Below, piece after piece: positions 61,862-64,000 of a stretch of 64,000 nucleotides of DNA; position 1 is the first letter of the stretch, and every line of letters starts with the position of its first letter. The translations under genes were made by a program, and so were the position numbers. The stretch is from positions 1 through 64,000 of the forward strand of contig CAXGAI010000006.1 of the NCBI GenBank assembly GCA_964007735.1. Reading direction: 5' to 3'. The notes under the pieces are model-generated. The model worked only from the letters and a program-made list of their open reading frames with translations. It was not told the origin of the DNA and made no database searches. Source of the stretch: an uncultured Rhodopirellula sp. (GTDB lineage Bacteria; Planctomycetota; Planctomycetia; Pirellulales; Pirellulaceae).

Positions 61862-63202
61862 TTACTTCTGTCTTATGCTGTAAAGACGTTCCGCTGTCCG
61901 AATTATAAGTTGATCACCAGCAATGGACGGCGTCGCCATTGCCATATCTTCGACGTGTAATTTATTCTTGCCAACCATTTCAAATTCATCTCCAGCCTTA
62001 ATGACAAATGTTTCTCCAAACTCATTAATACAAAAGATATGCCCGCGATAAGCCCAAGGTGAACTGGTAAAAGCTCGTCCAGCATTTAATCTTTGTTTCC
62101 CATAAATTTCTTTTCCGGTCTGGCCATCAAAGCAGGCAAAAAAACCACGGTCATATAGTACATAAATACGGCCTTGATACAAAATCGTACTCGGGTTATA
62201 GGGAGCGGCCTGTTTCTGACACCAGGCAATATATTCATTACTCGTCTCACGATCCTTGAGGCTAATATCTCCACTTGCCCCCGGCTTAATCGCAAACAAG
62301 GGCTTTTTCTGATCAAGCACATAGCCACTACTGACATATAGTAAATCGTTTTCAGCATACGGCGTAGCAATCGTAATACTTGAGTTACCTCCAAATTCGT
62401 ACAATAGTTCCCCATCTAGACTGTAAACACGATTCATTCCCGTGCCCGGTGTAACCAATTCTGTCCGCTGGGAATTTTTCCACACAAACGGTGTCGCCCA
62501 GTTACTACCCTCAGGCCGTTTCGCCTGCCAAAGTTCTTTACCGGATTTCTTATGTAAAGCTAGCAACGTGGACTGTTCTTCATTGTCATCGACGATAAAC
62601 AACTGATCTTCAAAAAGAACCGGTGAAGCTGCAGTGCCCCATCCATATCGAGTCTTAGAAACCTTACCGCGGCGTTCCCAAATCAACTTACCATCCAGAT
62701 CTAAACAAAAAACTCCAACATGCCCAAAAGACAGGTATAACCGTTCACCGTCAGTGACTGCCGTTTCTGAGGCATAGCTATTCTTAATATGGATCGCGCC
62801 TCCCGGAATCCCCTTGTGAACTTCTTTTTTCCACACTAGCGTTCCGGATTTCAGATCCCGACAAATTACCATCCAATGATGCACGCCTTCGGGCGGCTTG
62901 GAACGATCCCCGCCGAAATACAAGCCTTTGCGAGCACCTTCCGTCTCTCCTTCATTAACAACGCTCGTGTAGTAAATCTTACCGGAGGTGATAATAGGCG
63001 ATGACCAACCACGCCCTGCCGTCTTCACTTCCCACTGGATACCGTTGCGTGTTTCATAATCCCACTCGACTGGCAATTGATCGTTGTCACTGATTCCGCG
63101 TGAACCTGGTCCGCGAAATTGATGCCATTGCTGAGCCGATGCATGTCCCATCACCAATTGAATCGATGTCAAAGTTATGAGTACGAGTGATATTTGTTTC
63201 AT
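61862..63202 (-). CDS. PQQ-like (BamB-type) beta-propeller protein, secreted
   Basis: Signal peptide, WHQFRGP, GWSSP, AASP, SSP and ATP repeats typical of the planctomycete family. Confidence 0.87.
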   Translation of the reverse strand: MKQISLVLITLTSIQLVMGHASAQQWHQFRGPGSRGISDNDQLPVEWDYETRNGIQWEVKTAGRGWSSPIITSGKIYYTSVVNEGETEGARKGLYFGGDRSKPPEGVHHWMVICRDLKSGTLVWKKEVHKGIPGGAIHIKNSYASETAVTDGERLYLSFGHVGVFCLDLDGKLIWERRGKVSKTRYGWGTAASPVLFEDQLFIVDDNEEQSTLLALHKKSGKELWQAKRPEGSNWATPFVWKNSQRTELVTPGTGMNRVYSLDGELLYEFGGNSSITIATPYAENDLLYVSSGYVLDQKKPLFAIKPGASGDISLKDRETSNEYIAWCQKQAAPYNPSTILYQGRIYVLYDRGFFACFDGQTGKEIYGKQRLNAGRAFTSSPWAYRGHIFCINEFGETFVIKAGDEFEMVGKNKLHVEDMAMATPSIAGDQLIIRTAERLYSIRQK

Positions 63203-63339
63203 CTTCGTTTATTTTCTTGGTTAAGTAATTTCTTAAACTTCTATTGCGGCATCATCGATCGAGCAAGCCGAAGAGGCTATATTGCAAGTAGTCAAAGTGA
63301 CACAACAACTATTGCAACTATAACCGAAAGGACATTCTG

Positions 63340-63939
63340 ATGAAGCGATCTTTCACGAAGATCTGTGGAATGCTGGCCTTACTAATGATGACTGCCGTTC
63401 CGCTGAATGCCGAAGTCAAAACAGGAGATCGTGCTCCTGACTTCGCGTTAGCTGGCAGCGATGGTAAAGTCCACAAATTATCGGATTACAAGGGAAAGGT
63501 AGTCATTGTTGCCTGGTTCCCTAAGGCATTTACTGGTGGTTGAACGGCCCAATGTGATTCGCTGCGTGTCAGCGGAGTTAAAAATGGGTTTGATCTAAAG
63601 CTACTTGGGGATCGAACATTTAGCATTGCGGCTCGTGAAAAAGGCTCTGGTCTCGACAAGTTTGACGTAGCCTTCTTTACGGCAAGTTGTGACACTGCTG
63701 AGACTAATCAGCGTTATGCAGAATCTCTGCAATTGGATTATCCAATTCTTAGTGACCCCCAAAAGAAGACCGCCCGCACCTATGGCGTTGTCAATGACGA
63801 GCGACCTGTTCCTTTTCGTTGGACCTATATCATTGGCGTTAATGGGAAAATTCTTCATGTCGACAAACAAGTTAACGCGAAAAGTCATGGCGCCGACCTC
63901 GTAAAAAAACTGAAAGAGTTGGGTGTGCGGGAAAAGTAA
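63340..63939 (+). CDS. Secreted peroxiredoxin (BCP/PrxQ-like) with an in-frame TGA at the peroxidatic Cys; probable selenoprotein, 199 aa
   Basis: ORFs 63340..63543 and 63733..63939 share one frame with no other stop between them; read-through gives PKAFTGG-U-TAQC...ASCD...YPILSD...RWTYIIG. Confidence 0.85.
63555..63580 (+). promoter_or_regulatory. Candidate bacterial SECIS hairpin
   Basis: ugauuc-gcug [cgugu] cagc-g-gaguua stem-loop starting 11 nt after the UGA. Confidence 0.6.
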
Positions 63940-64000
63940 CTTAACCGTCCCCTTAAATCAGTAATGAATCCTCCTAGTTTCCAAAGCCTTTAGAGCTGGA

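Noticed and set aside
63340..63543. Separate 67-aa and 68-aa proteins (63340..63543 and 63733..63939)
   Set aside because: They are in-frame halves of one peroxiredoxin interrupted by a single TGA

Overview
Mostly core chromosome of a Planctomycetota bacterium (Pirellulales-like). The 16S rRNA gene carries exact matches to the planctomycete probe sequences PLA46, PLA886 and EUB338-II, and the window holds planctomycete-typical DUF1501, DUF1549/DUF1553 cytochrome and PVC-type haem proteins. Contents: about 45 CDS (glnA and glnII, cysD-cysNC, cysH plus a CymR-like Rrf2, a TsaC-YwlE fusion with rpiB, lysS-lolCE-lolD-ilvE, aroH, phoU-phoB, rsbV/rsbW-like genes, nadE), one stand-alone 16S gene, tRNA-Arg(CCT) and tRNA-Lys(TTT). 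No CRISPR array, transposase or integrase was seen. The best candidates for a second look are: (1) a secreted peroxiredoxin whose catalytic Cys codon is an in-frame TGA followed by a SECIS-like hairpin, a probable selenoprotein that the ORF caller split in two; (2) a possible signalling module made of a non-RD Ser/Thr kinase with a periplasmic Cache-like sensor and an FHA-GAF class III cyclase with non-canonical base-specificity residues; (3) a possibly degenerate APS kinase domain in CysNC; (4) several unexplained non-coding structures and a small membrane-protein ORF next to tRNA-Arg. All calls come from reading motifs by eye; no database searches or folding programs were run.
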